Virus record (IMG/VR): IMGVR_UViG_3300039008_000120
Location: 1-64,000 of that record
DNA from: a virus
DNA: 64,000 nt
Reading direction: 5' to 3' (one strand)
The position numbers and the translations under genes are program-made. Of the stretch, positions 42,766 to 53,183 are shown piece after piece; within the stretch, counting starts at the first letter, position 1, and the number at the start of each line of letters is the position of its first letter. Below the pieces are notes generated by a model, which saw nothing but the letters and a program-made list of their open reading frames with translations, searched no databases and was not told the DNA's origin.

Positions 42766-44058
42766 TTAAATATAATCTGTCAATGAAATTCTTTTATTAA
42801 ATTCTTCAACTCTCCAATTCAACACTCTATTTGAGATTTCAATACCATTTTTACCATTAAATAAATCAGATATATGATTTGGTACATTAAGCATATTTAC
42901 AATCTCAGCGTTTTTAATATGCTTTATTATTATACCATCAATACCACTTAAACCTTTACTAACTTTAATACTATTTACAACACTCAATACATCACTTAAC
43001 GTTTTTCTTTTTTGTAAGTGATGTATAATTTTTAAAATCTGCACTGGTTTCATTTTATAAATTTCATTGATAGTTAAATGAAATTTAATAGTATCTTCTA
43101 TAGTTTTCTTAATATTGTTGGGTAATTTTAGGCGTTTACTTATATATGGCACTAGAAATAGCCCTGTTCTATCATGATCACAATGATATGGTAGCTGTGA
43201 ATCATTAGTAAAAATTTTACCGATATCATGATATAATGCACCCCATAGTGCAGGAATTGAATCAGTTGACATTTTAGTTATATCAACTACATTCATCACA
43301 TGATCATATACATCAAGGTAATGAATGTGTGTCAACCCAACTAAGTGTGAAATAACAGGAAACCATATATCTAAATTTTCTGTTTCTTTTAAAACATTAA
43401 AAAATATACTAGGTGAATTAGACGATTTAAATGTTTTATCAACTTCAATATATATTCGTTCACCTGAAAGCCCCTCGGTTTGTACCGACAAGTCTTTCAT
43501 TAAATTTAATGTTTTTTTATCAACATCAAAATTAAAACGGGAAGCTAACCGTCCTGTTCGAAATATCCGTAATGGATCATCTGCATATGCATCACTAGTA
43601 TGACACAAAACTTTAGAACGAATAGACTCCATGCCTTTATATGGATCAATTATATTATTTAAATCACTAATTGGTATTGCCATAGAGTTAATTGTCAAAT
43701 CTCGACGCTTTAGATCGTCTTCAATTGTGATGTTTTTTCCATATACAACATCAAAATCAGTATGACCATTACCAGTTGACCGCTCTTGACGTGCAACTGC
43801 TAATTCTATTTTTTCAATACCACTTGATGATTCTATTTCTAATAAAAATACTGGAAATGATGACCCAATTAGTTTAAATCTTTCATTTAGTTTATGTAGT
43901 TGTGGTTCTGTTATTTTTTCAATACACAAATCAATATCATTTGATTTGATATTTAATAAATGATCTCTACATATCCCACCAACGAGATAAACTTGTGATA
44001 GCATATCTAAATCACTGAACAATGCAATAAGATTATCATATAAAATTTTATCTATCAT
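42766..44058 (-). CDS. cca: CCA-adding enzyme / poly(A) polymerase-family tRNA nucleotidyltransferase with an HD domain
   Basis: 430-aa track ORF. GGICRDHLL, DIDL, RRDLTINSMA and a C-terminal YHDIGK. Confidence 0.8.
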   Translation of the reverse strand: MIDKILYDNLIALFSDLDMLSQVYLVGGICRDHLLNIKSNDIDLCIEKITEPQLHKLNERFKLIGSSFPVFLLEIESSSGIEKIELAVARQERSTGNGHTDFDVVYGKNITIEDDLKRRDLTINSMAIPISDLNNIIDPYKGMESIRSKVLCHTSDAYADDPLRIFRTGRLASRFNFDVDKKTLNLMKDLSVQTEGLSGERIYIEVDKTFKSSNSPSIFFNVLKETENLDIWFPVISHLVGLTHIHYLDVYDHVMNVVDITKMSTDSIPALWGALYHDIGKIFTNDSQLPYHCDHDRTGLFLVPYISKRLKLPNNIKKTIEDTIKFHLTINEIYKMKPVQILKIIHHLQKRKTLSDVLSVVNSIKVSKGLSGIDGIIIKHIKNAEIVNMLNVPNHISDLFNGKNGIEISNRVLNWRVEEFNKRISLTDYI

Positions 44059-44086
44059 TATAGCTCCAACTATTAAGGTTTATTTG

Positions 44087-44115
44087 AATATATAATAAAT
44101 CTTAATAGTTGTCAA
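44087..44115 (-). promoter_or_regulatory. sigma70-like promoter (TTGACA-N17-TATATT)
   Basis: Minus-strand TTGACA at 44115..44110, 17-nt spacer, TATATT at 44092..44087, upstream of the cca-like gene. Confidence 0.55.
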
Positions 44116-44124
44116 TTAATAATT

Positions 44125-45900
44125 TTATATATCAAACAAATTAGTATCCTCATCATCTAAACCAATTTTTTCACGGAGATTAATGATTTTTGTATCTGGG
44201 TGATCAATTTTATATTGAGTCATATTACTAATAATATAATCACTCATATTACTAGTTAAAAAAATTTGTAAATTATATTTAACTGATATATTATATATAA
44301 TATTTAATATATTTAAAATATTCTCAGGATCAATGTTATCTAAAAGCTCATCAAGAATGAACGTTTTAAACTTTAGCTCTTGTGATAAATATGCAACATA
44401 TGCAATAATAAATGCTAAATCGACTATTTTACGCTCTGATGTGGACAGTGATTCATATATTACACTACCATTAAAAACTGGGTAGTTATTGAGATCAATT
44501 GTAACCGTATTATATTTACCATTAGTAAAATCATATAAAATTTTACTATATAGTTTAGTAAATCCTGATATTTTTTTTGTATAAAATTTATTAATATACT
44601 CACCTTTTTTATTTAAAAGCTTTGAATATATATTTTCAAGTATTACAAATTCACGTTCAAATTCTGATATTTCTTTTTGTGCAGAATCAATATTTTTTAT
44701 AATTTCCTCAATTATAGTTGTATTGTTATGATTCGTAATTTCACTCTGTTCTATTTTGTGTTTCAGTTGTGAAATTTGATTATTTAACATAATAATTTCA
44801 TTATTAATTTTTTGCTCAATATTATATATTTCATTTTGAAATTGATTTATATTATATAATGCCTTTTCAATTTCTTTAATTCCATTTTGCACAGCATCTA
44901 AATCGTTTTTTAATTTAATACCATCTTGAAATATTTGATTTAAATCATCCGAATATAATTCTTTGTTTATTTTTTGTGAACACGTTGGACATTTTCCAGC
45001 TTTTATAAGCTTATTATAATGCACGTGTTGTTGCCTTTTATGTGAAAGAGTCGCCTCAATTTTTGCCCGTTGTTCTTGTTGAACATTTAGACTTAGCTGA
45101 CGCTTTTCTTTATTTACATTTGCTTGTTTTTTTCTCCTAAGTTGACGATCACTTTCATCTTTTGTTATCCTTAATTTTTTTTCCAATTCGGATAATATTT
45201 TTATATTATCTTGTTTTTCCGTTTGATTGATATCAACCTCTTTTAATCTTTCTTTTGTTGAGTTTAATAAATTATGTTGATTATCAATGTGTGACTTTTT
45301 TATATTTAAGGTTGATTTTAAATCTTTGACTATACCATGAAAATCGGTGCGTAAATCACTAAAATATTGAACTTTAGTAATTGATGTTAATAAAGTACTA
45401 TTACTTTCAAACAAAGATCCAGAATATGGACTTTTTAGATATAAAATCGAAAACTTATTTTCATCCATTTCAAGTAAACTCTTTAAATATGTATTAAGTT
45501 TATCTACCTTACTTAAATTACACATATCTTCAAATATACCTGATTCGTCATTATTTGATGATATTTCAAACTTTCGATCAGATCCAGTTATATATCTTTT
45601 TATATCTAAATACATAGTTGGATTAGTTTTATTATTAATCGATAATTTTATATTAGCAAAAGATTCTCCACTAACATAAAATCGACTCAGTAGGTTTTGA
45701 ATTTTTTTAAATCGTAATGACCTACCAAAAAATGAATAATATAAACCTTCTGAGGTGAGCGTTGATTTACCGGTTGCATTACTACTCATAATAAAAATAA
45801 TTTTATATTTATCTAAATTAGATAATTCTATATCTTTAAACGACATAAAATTCTTGAGTCGAATATAATTTAATTTAACATATGAACCAATTTCTAACAT
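44125..45900 (-). CDS. Rad50/SbcC-like recombination ATPase (T4 gp46-like)
   Basis: 591-aa track ORF. Walker A SSNATGKST, central coiled coil with a CPTC zinc hook, signature LSTSERK, Walker B FILDELLD. Confidence 0.75.
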   Translation of the reverse strand: MLEIGSYVKLNYIRLKNFMSFKDIELSNLDKYKIIFIMSSNATGKSTLTSEGLYYSFFGRSLRFKKIQNLLSRFYVSGESFANIKLSINNKTNPTMYLDIKRYITGSDRKFEISSNNDESGIFEDMCNLSKVDKLNTYLKSLLEMDENKFSILYLKSPYSGSLFESNSTLLTSITKVQYFSDLRTDFHGIVKDLKSTLNIKKSHIDNQHNLLNSTKERLKEVDINQTEKQDNIKILSELEKKLRITKDESDRQLRRKKQANVNKEKRQLSLNVQQEQRAKIEATLSHKRQQHVHYNKLIKAGKCPTCSQKINKELYSDDLNQIFQDGIKLKNDLDAVQNGIKEIEKALYNINQFQNEIYNIEQKINNEIIMLNNQISQLKHKIEQSEITNHNNTTIIEEIIKNIDSAQKEISEFEREFVILENIYSKLLNKKGEYINKFYTKKISGFTKLYSKILYDFTNGKYNTVTIDLNNYPVFNGSVIYESLSTSERKIVDLAFIIAYVAYLSQELKFKTFILDELLDNIDPENILNILNIIYNISVKYNLQIFLTSNMSDYIISNMTQYKIDHPDTKIINLREKIGLDDEDTNLFDI

Positions 45901-45912
45901 ATATAATATTCC

Positions 45913-46191
45913 TTATTTTTTTGAAAAATATTTAATGTTAATAATCTTATTAAAAAATAATTCACTTTTTCTAAACCTTCCTATATCTACCAATTCATCA
46001 TATAATTCAATCAACTCACCTATACTACATTTAGTTGAATATGCATATATTCCCATATCGTTCTTAGTTGCATAATTTAATGCATAATATGATCGAACAC
46101 TGGGATCAAATTTTAAAATTATACAATCTGCATTTTCTTCATCCCACATATTAAATGTAGGATAAACGTTAGTAATATAACTATACCCCAT
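45913..46191 (-). CDS. hypothetical protein
   Basis: 92-aa track ORF. Confidence 0.55.
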   Translation of the reverse strand: MGYSYITNVYPTFNMWDEENADCIILKFDPSVRSYYALNYATKNDMGIYAYSTKCSIGELIELYDELVDIGRFRKSELFFNKIINIKYFSKK

Positions 46192-46211
46192 TATAAACCA
46201 CCACTAAATTA

Positions 46212-47498
46212 TTATATATTAATACAAATAAATTCTTCATTATTATTACTTTTAAATATTGACATCATCTCATTTATTTCATAATCCATTTCATCTCGTG
46301 ATATATATGGTATATCTTTAATTAAATCATTAAGCACCAAAGAATATTTATCAATTATATCATCATCATAAATATTCTTTATCTTTAAATAATCCTTTTT
46401 TTCTATATCAGATATATTTAATATAAATGATAAAAATACATTATCGGAACTATCTTTAATAAAAGATGCATCGTGGATATCAAAGTCAGAATTACTTAAA
46501 TCAACTGGTTTAATAACAGTGAAATCATCAGAAACACTATTTCTAGGATTTTCTGATACAATATGGATAACCGTATCAGATAGAGGAATATCAACATCTT
46601 TTTGACTTTTAAATAATGCTGATGCAACATTTGCATCCAAATTTGCAACAAGATGTTGTTGTAATGGTTTAATATCGTTTTCTCTAACAATGGTATTATT
46701 AATATCTATCCAAATATTCCATAATTTAATTTCAGTTTCATTTAATTGGATTGGATTCGGTAAATATATATTATCATTACCATCAGAATATAATGTTGAT
46801 ACAACACCGCTTAAACTATCTAGTTTATCATTCAGTAAATACATATTCAATATATTTACTGGATTTAAATATTTAAACATGTATTCATTTAAAAAATCTT
46901 GTGGATTATATGATTCTTTCTTTAATATATTTAATCGTAATATTTTTTCTATTTGTCCGTGGTTTTGAAATGAAGAAAGCATCCCTGTCATTGCATAATC
47001 TGAAATGTTGGCTTTATTGTTCATTAATGAATTTAATATTGATGAACACATTGAATCCGTTTGGGGTACACTGTTTATAGCTAACATCGTATCATCTAAT
47101 AATGATTTATAATCCGATATATTATCATTACTAAAAAAACCTTCTGATAATATTGGATTAAAAAAACCATCCATCATGGCAGACTCATCTTTTTTCGTTT
47201 TTATTTTAGGTGTTAACTTCTTTATAGTATGAACACCAACTTGACCATTTATAACGTGAATATCATCTAAATATTCACTTATTTTCTTATTTTTCCGATT
47301 ATCTATTATGTTTTTAAACTGCTCTGCTGGATTGTTATCAATATTGGTTTTTGCTTTATTTTTACCTTTTTTATTATTATATGGGTTTGAATAGTATCGT
47401 TGTTGAAAAAAGCTAACCTTTCCTGATTTTTTATTTACTCGCATAACATTTTTTCTAACAGTAGGCAACCCTTTTTTTGATGACCTGTTATTAACCAT
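46212..47498 (-). CDS. hypothetical protein
   Basis: 428-aa track ORF with no TAG and no recognised family. Confidence 0.6.
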   Translation of the reverse strand: MVNNRSSKKGLPTVRKNVMRVNKKSGKVSFFQQRYYSNPYNNKKGKNKAKTNIDNNPAEQFKNIIDNRKNKKISEYLDDIHVINGQVGVHTIKKLTPKIKTKKDESAMMDGFFNPILSEGFFSNDNISDYKSLLDDTMLAINSVPQTDSMCSSILNSLMNNKANISDYAMTGMLSSFQNHGQIEKILRLNILKKESYNPQDFLNEYMFKYLNPVNILNMYLLNDKLDSLSGVVSTLYSDGNDNIYLPNPIQLNETEIKLWNIWIDINNTIVRENDIKPLQQHLVANLDANVASALFKSQKDVDIPLSDTVIHIVSENPRNSVSDDFTVIKPVDLSNSDFDIHDASFIKDSSDNVFLSFILNISDIEKKDYLKIKNIYDDDIIDKYSLVLNDLIKDIPYISRDEMDYEINEMMSIFKSNNNEEFICINI

Positions 47499-47510
47499 AT
47501 ATTCAATACC

Positions 47511-48002
47511 TTATTTTTTTAAATCGTCTATATTATTTATTTCATATATTTTCATATTATAACAATTACTTTTTACTTTGTAATTATTACTAATATCGAT
47601 TTCACCTTTTTTCATATAAATCGAATTATCATAATATTCCGATTTATACATATAACCTAAAATCCAACCACAACTAAAATTTTTTAAAACACGAGCAAAA
47701 ACATAAATATCACATTTCTGATCTATATTATGAGAACTAACTGAACAATCATAATGCATTTGGGGTTCAACGCCAGTTTGTTTTGTCTTAACATCGATTT
47801 TAAGACCATTATGTAATATTAAATCATAATCCTATGTATTTTCAATTGTTGCACCTAGATATGAAGCTACAATATATTCACCCAAAAAACCTGCTAAATT
47901 TCCAGCCCCTTTCAAAATAGAATTGTTCAATGTACCAAGTGATACTGCTTTTTTTCTTGCTGATATTAACATATAATCAGTTATTTCAACTTTTTTAATC
48001 AT
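47511..48002 (-). CDS. PD-(D/E)XK nuclease-fold protein (163 aa, 1 in-frame TAG)
   Basis: Track ORF 47511..47759 extended through TAG at 47832-34 to the ATG at 48002. GEYIVASYL ... DYDLIL ... KIDVKTK. Confidence 0.5.
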
Positions 48003-48033
48003 ATCAAAACCCTATTAATTTATTAATAATAAA

Positions 48034-48062
48034 AAAGCCTATCAATTTAACTAATAGGCTTT
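48034..48062 (-). terminator. rho-independent terminator
   Basis: AAAGCCTAT pairs with ATAGGCTTT, with a T-run on the minus strand after the 48089 gene end. Confidence 0.65.
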
Positions 48063-48088
48063 AACTATAATACATTATTATACATAAA

Positions 48089-48757
48089 TCAATCTAAAAG
48101 ATAATTATATCCTCTAATATAATTATCACCATTATTTGCATTAAATGTTAAGTGTATAAACTTTAAATTATCTTTTTTATACCAAAATAAATTAAAAATA
48201 TTAAAATTATCATCATTTATAGCAGTATAACCAAAATTCTTTAAATTATGTATTTTAGAATAATTCTTAACCTCAGCTAGAAATGATCGTGATATTAATG
48301 ATGAAATATCTTTTTGTTTAGCAGATTTGCTTATATTATTAATAAACTCCTTATCAACCATAATACTAATTATATTATTAGCATTATTACTTGTTAATAA
48401 TATATTATTACGATAATCTAAAGAACTATCCTCAATAATATTCGTATACTTATCTATTTTTTTAAATATATAATATGCACCCATATCAGATTTATCATTA
48501 ACTTTCATCAATATAGGCATTATTTTTCCATTAAATGATATTAATGGAATGGTTATGTTATAATCAAAATCATTGTTTGTTTTTATAGTGTAACTATATA
48601 AATCAACACTAATCACATCAACATCATTAATTTTTAATTGCTTGGTACAATAACTAATATTATCTGTTATAATATCTAATCCACTATCTCGTAATAAATC
48701 CCGACCAAAATTTACTTTCTGGATATTAACTAAACAGCTACTACGACCTGATGACAT
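48089..48757 (-). CDS. hypothetical protein
   Basis: 222-aa track ORF. Confidence 0.6.
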   Translation of the reverse strand: MSSGRSSCLVNIQKVNFGRDLLRDSGLDIITDNISYCTKQLKINDVDVISVDLYSYTIKTNNDFDYNITIPLISFNGKIMPILMKVNDKSDMGAYYIFKKIDKYTNIIEDSSLDYRNNILLTSNNANNIISIMVDKEFINNISKSAKQKDISSLISRSFLAEVKNYSKIHNLKNFGYTAINDDNFNIFNLFWYKKDNLKFIHLTFNANNGDNYIRGYNYLLD

Positions 48758-48820
48758 AAAAACCCCTTGTTTATTAAGTTTACAAATATATAATTGGCAT
48801 TAATTAATGCCAATTATATA

Positions 48821-49576
48821 TTAAAATGGAATATCGTCATCATCAACAGGTGGACTGTTAAATTCATTTCTAATATTATTCATCATACCATCGTTAAATT
48901 GACCGGGACTAGTGTTCGGTTGTCCATTATTATTCTGGTTGTATTGACCACTAGAATTGTTATATGGTTGATTCTGTTGATATTTTCCATTATTATTCTG
49001 ATTATATTGATTGTTACCGTTATTATTATTCTGTTTATGCTTACCTACCATTTGATACCAATAATCATATCGCACAAGTGCATTTTGTGCAATTGTAGGA
49101 TATTGACTAAGAAGATTTTTTAAATATGCATACATACCTGTAAATTCAGTTTCATCAAGTGAACAACTGCACTGAAATTTATTACCATTATCATCAGAAC
49201 CACTGGTATATGAAAACATATACCAAATCTTGTTATTATTTGTATCTATGTTTTTCCGTAATGTTAAATATTTCTGTTTTTTTGGATTTTTAAAATTTGC
49301 ATATGCACTATCTGAACCAGCTTCAGTCTTTAATAATGCTCCCATCTTGGAAACAAGATCAACTAAACCTGCAAAATTTGGAAACCAATATGCATTTTGG
49401 TTATTATTCCAATTAGCCCCTTCATTCGCACTTTGTCTTGTCCCAAAGCGGAACTGCAACATAGGAGTTGTACTATTATATTGTACCGATATAGAAGATT
49501 CCATTATCATTATACACTTTGTGCGATATATTTCGATTTTATTCAAAATATTCTGCATGTTAACATTTTGTGCCAT
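48821..49576 (-). CDS. putative ssDNA-binding protein with a bacterial SSB-type C-terminal tip
   Basis: 251-aa track ORF. A long Q/N/G-rich linker ends in DDDDIPF, the canonical SSB-Ct motif. The N-terminal domain is not a recognisable OB-fold SSB. Confidence 0.5.
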   Translation of the reverse strand: MAQNVNMQNILNKIEIYRTKCIMIMESSISVQYNSTTPMLQFRFGTRQSANEGANWNNNQNAYWFPNFAGLVDLVSKMGALLKTEAGSDSAYANFKNPKKQKYLTLRKNIDTNNNKIWYMFSYTSGSDDNGNKFQCSCSLDETEFTGMYAYLKNLLSQYPTIAQNALVRYDYWYQMVGKHKQNNNNGNNQYNQNNNGKYQQNQPYNNSSGQYNQNNNGQPNTSPGQFNDGMMNNIRNEFNSPPVDDDDIPF

Positions 49577-49578
49577 TT

Positions 49579-49881
49579 TTATTGCTCCTCATATAATTTT
49601 AATAACTTTAAATATTTATCTTTTTGTAAACCATCTACAGTTACAAAAATTAATACATCATCCTCATTAATATAAATTATTGTTGATGATGTATTAAAAA
49701 ACACCACTGGGATAAGTGATGGTGTATATAACAATGAAACATCCATTCCATCGCTTGTTGTATCTATAGCTGGTACTGGTATCAATTTATATGGGTTTTT
49801 TATTGCATGGCTATTTTTTTTTATACCCATATGCTCACCGATATAACTGATACCATTTTTTAGTACAAATTCACATATCAT
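49579..49881 (-). CDS. hypothetical protein (small tandem paralogue 1)
   Basis: 100-aa track ORF. N-terminal F-V-L-K-N-G-x-S-Y-I-G-E pattern is shared with the next two genes. Confidence 0.5.
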   Translation of the reverse strand: MICEFVLKNGISYIGEHMGIKKNSHAIKNPYKLIPVPAIDTTSDGMDVSLLYTPSLIPVVFFNTSSTIIYINEDDVLIFVTVDGLQKDKYLKLLKLYEEQ

Positions 49882-49895
49882 ATCAATATCTATCT

Positions 49896-50279
49896 TTATG
49901 GTGAAACGATTGAAATATTACTACCTTCTTTTATTTTCTCTTTTTCATACATACTATACATTTTTTTGTATAGTTCAATAAATTCATTACCAGAAACAAC
50001 TGCAATATAATTAATATCACTATCATTAAATTTAAACGCACTTTCTAATGAATAGTAATTAATGATATTCATTTTAGGTACCATTACAAAATTAGTACTA
50101 CCACCTATATCGTTTGGAACTGGCATAGGTGTTAAATCAACCCTCATTACCTTTTCAAAATTAACAATACCATCTTTTTCTGAAAATGAACTAAATTCAC
50201 CTATGTAACTGGTACCTTGAGCAATAAATTCTACGACCTGATGTTTAGTATAATTATACTTCATTTGATTCCCTTTCAT
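49896..50279 (-). CDS. hypothetical protein (small tandem paralogue 2)
   Basis: 127-aa track ORF (the start may instead be the ATG at 50264). VVEFIAQGTSYIGEF. Confidence 0.5.
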   Translation of the reverse strand: MKGNQMKYNYTKHQVVEFIAQGTSYIGEFSSFSEKDGIVNFEKVMRVDLTPMPVPNDIGGSTNFVMVPKMNIINYYSLESAFKFNDSDINYIAVVSGNEFIELYKKMYSMYEKEKIKEGSNISIVSP

Positions 50280-50745
50280 TATCTTTAAGATTTAACTGAT
50301 GTACATTAAAAATATCATTCATGGTTGTATAAATATATTCAATGTAATCTTCAAATGTTTTCTTAATATCCAACACATTTGATGAATTGTCAATGTTTTT
50401 ATCTTTATTATCTTTATTATTATCTTTATTATTATCATATAGTGGTACAAATAAAAACATATCAATATTCAAATATGTAATGTGTTTATCATTATAATTT
50501 GGATATATTGTTGATGCTGGCAATGTTAAAACGTTGCCATCTACCGCTTGATATTTACCAGTTATAATCGCATCCATTGTTCCGGCCGGATCACTATTGA
50601 ATTTATTCATTGATATAATAGCTTTATTTAATACTATTGTATTACCTTTTACATCTTCTAAATATCCATAAATTTCCGCACCATTATTAAAATTTACTAA
50701 TTTAATAATAGTGCCTTTATATAAATCTAAATTAAAAAAAAACAT
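50254..50745 (-). CDS. hypothetical protein (small tandem paralogue 3)
   Basis: 163-aa track ORF. IIKLVNFNNGAEIYGYL. NNKDNNKDNKDKN low-complexity insert. Confidence 0.5.
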   Translation of the reverse strand: MFFFNLDLYKGTIIKLVNFNNGAEIYGYLEDVKGNTIVLNKAIISMNKFNSDPAGTMDAIITGKYQAVDGNVLTLPASTIYPNYNDKHITYLNIDMFLFVPLYDNNKDNNKDNKDKNIDNSSNVLDIKKTFEDYIEYIYTTMNDIFNVHQLNLKDNERESNEV

Positions 50746-50778
50746 TAGTATAATCCCCCATATTATATTTTTATATAA

Positions 50779-52659
50779 TTACCATATTACATTTAACTTA
50801 AAATCATAAGAATATATACTATAATTATGACTTTTAGATACAAGATTAATTTTCCTCGATGAACGTTTACGTTTAAATTTATTTGAATCATGATTTTTAT
50901 TAGTTATATTTGTTAATACATTATTTCCTGATTCAAATAGAGATAGAATATCTTCATCTTCAACCGGTTCAATATTATTTTCTAAGTCTTCGTCGGTGAT
51001 ATCCTCTAATATATCAGACATTACATCATTCGGAAATAGTTTATTAAGAATAAATTCATCTTTAATGTTCATTCCCAACATTTGTTCTAACTGGGTAAAC
51101 ATTGTAACAAATTTTGACGACTTATCTAAATCTGTTTCTTTTCGTTCACTCATTGGAACAAATTCAGGTATATTAACATTTAAATATTTAATGTCTAAAT
51201 CTTTATAATTAACACCTAACTACTTTTCCATCTAAAACGTTAATATATTATTTAACATTACTTGATAATGGCGAATTTTCATTGAATAAACATTATCATG
51301 TAGTGCCAACATGCTATTATTCTGATATGTTTTGGCATTACTTGATTTTCTATAATGTAAAGGAATACCCATAGTATGATATACCTTATCCTACCAGTAA
51401 TCAATGTCATCCAGTAGTGGCTTGTATTCAGATTTTAATGTGTCTATTTTTAAATTTTCACCCTCAGTTGGAACAATCAAATTTGAATCTATGAGATTTT
51501 TTACAATATCAAAACTCATTTGATCTGTTGTTTCATCAAAATTCATTGCTGATTTCGATTTTACTAAATTTCGATATAACATAAGTGTGTTTGCAATGTC
51601 TTCATCTTCAATTTTTTCTAAATCCAATTTCCAAATGTGAGTTGTTTTAGATTTCGATAATCTCTCTATTAATAATGACAACTCTAACAGCTCGATAACT
51701 TTTAAATAATTTATAACTTTGTCAACTTGAGATTTTCCAATTACACCTTTTTCAGCAATGAAAAACATGTTCTCGGATTTTAATTCTGTACCATCTTCGA
51801 TTTTAAATATACTAATATTCTTATTGGTTATTTTTTTTAAATGATCATCTTCATCTATTGTTTTAAACATAGTGGTTGATGAATTACCTGATGATTCAAG
51901 TAAATCATTACTAATTTTTGTTGAATTTATTGTAGTGTTACCATTTGAAGTTTCCTTAAACACTACCTCATCAAGGCTATAAAAACTAACATCTGAATAT
52001 GTCTTAACGTCATCAAAATAAAAAATTCCACACCCATACCGCAAAATACTGTTTACTAAATTATACAATGAAAGTTTAATATTATTTCTCTTTAATAAAT
52101 TTCCAATCGCTAGTGATATTTCTTTGTGATGTGAATCAACTTTTTCAACGTTGTTGTTATAAATAAGCTGATCAACCTCTATATTTGGAACATTGATATC
52201 ATCGATAATATCAGTAGAATCGGATGTAGTACTATCGTTTATATATCTAGTATCTATTTTTTTCTCCAAAACTTTATACTCACCGAATAAATTAACCTCA
52301 ATCTTTCTTTTATTTGATGATGATGTATATATAATAGATGATGCTAACATATCTATTAAATATTCAATTTCTGGAAAACGATCTAAATATAAATTAACTC
52401 TATTAATTAATGATAATTTAGAATCAAAGCCACCATTAACTGTAACAATACCTAACCTATTAAATAAATCAGTGCTAACATTATTAATAAATTCATTCGA
52501 TTCATTTAACACATTATATGCACTACTTCGTGCAGTTGGTAACGACTTTGATATTAAATTATCAAGCTCCCCAGTTTTAACTAATTCTTTACCCTAAGAC
52601 ACCCCATTACTTTTTTTCTCAAAGTTAAGTGAATGTCGTTTTTTTGTAAAATTTATCAT
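50779..52659 (-). CDS. portal protein (626 aa, 4 in-frame TAG)
   Basis: One frame from the ATG at 52659 to the stop at 50779 joins track ORFs 51391..52512 and 50779..51153. TAG at 52594, 51391, 51232 and 51220. DMLASSIIYTS and DDIDYW*DKVYHTMGIPLHYR resemble T4 gp20 segments as I recall them. Acidic C-terminal tail. Confidence 0.7.
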
Positions 52660-52700
52660 TTTTTTTTGACCTTATCGTTAAAAACTCATATTTTATTCAA

Positions 52701-53144
52701 TTAATTTTGGTTTTTGTCATAAACACTAATATATCTATCATACATTTCTGCATAATTTTCAACCATTTCATCTATATGATTGAAAATATCATGTTTTTCA
52801 AAGAAAAATTGAAATAAAATACCAATAAAAAAACGTAGATCATTAGAAAATTCTTTAAAAAAGTCTTCTTCACCAAAGATCATTGCCAATATTTGATTTT
52901 TGTTAAGTTTTAATGAAGTACGAACACGTAATCGACTTTCTTTTTTTCCAATAAAATCAATAATAGTGGCTAAAAATAACAATATATCCTTTTTACAAAA
53001 ACGCCTATTTTCTAAATCCAAGCTGTGATAATCTTTTAAATATTTTTCAAAAATACCAGCATCTACCAAACATAGCATTTTTGAAAAGTTATCAATCATG
53101 TCAGTAATTTCGGTATCTGTAAAGTTTATTGATACTTTAGACAT
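52701..53144 (-). CDS. hypothetical protein
   Basis: 147-aa track ORF. Confidence 0.55.
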   Translation of the reverse strand: MSKVSINFTDTEITDMIDNFSKMLCLVDAGIFEKYLKDYHSLDLENRRFCKKDILLFLATIIDFIGKKESRLRVRTSLKLNKNQILAMIFGEEDFFKEFSNDLRFFIGILFQFFFEKHDIFNHIDEMVENYAEMYDRYISVYDKNQN

Positions 53145-53183
53145 ATTTTACCCTCTCTATTTTACTAATAACATATCATTTTT

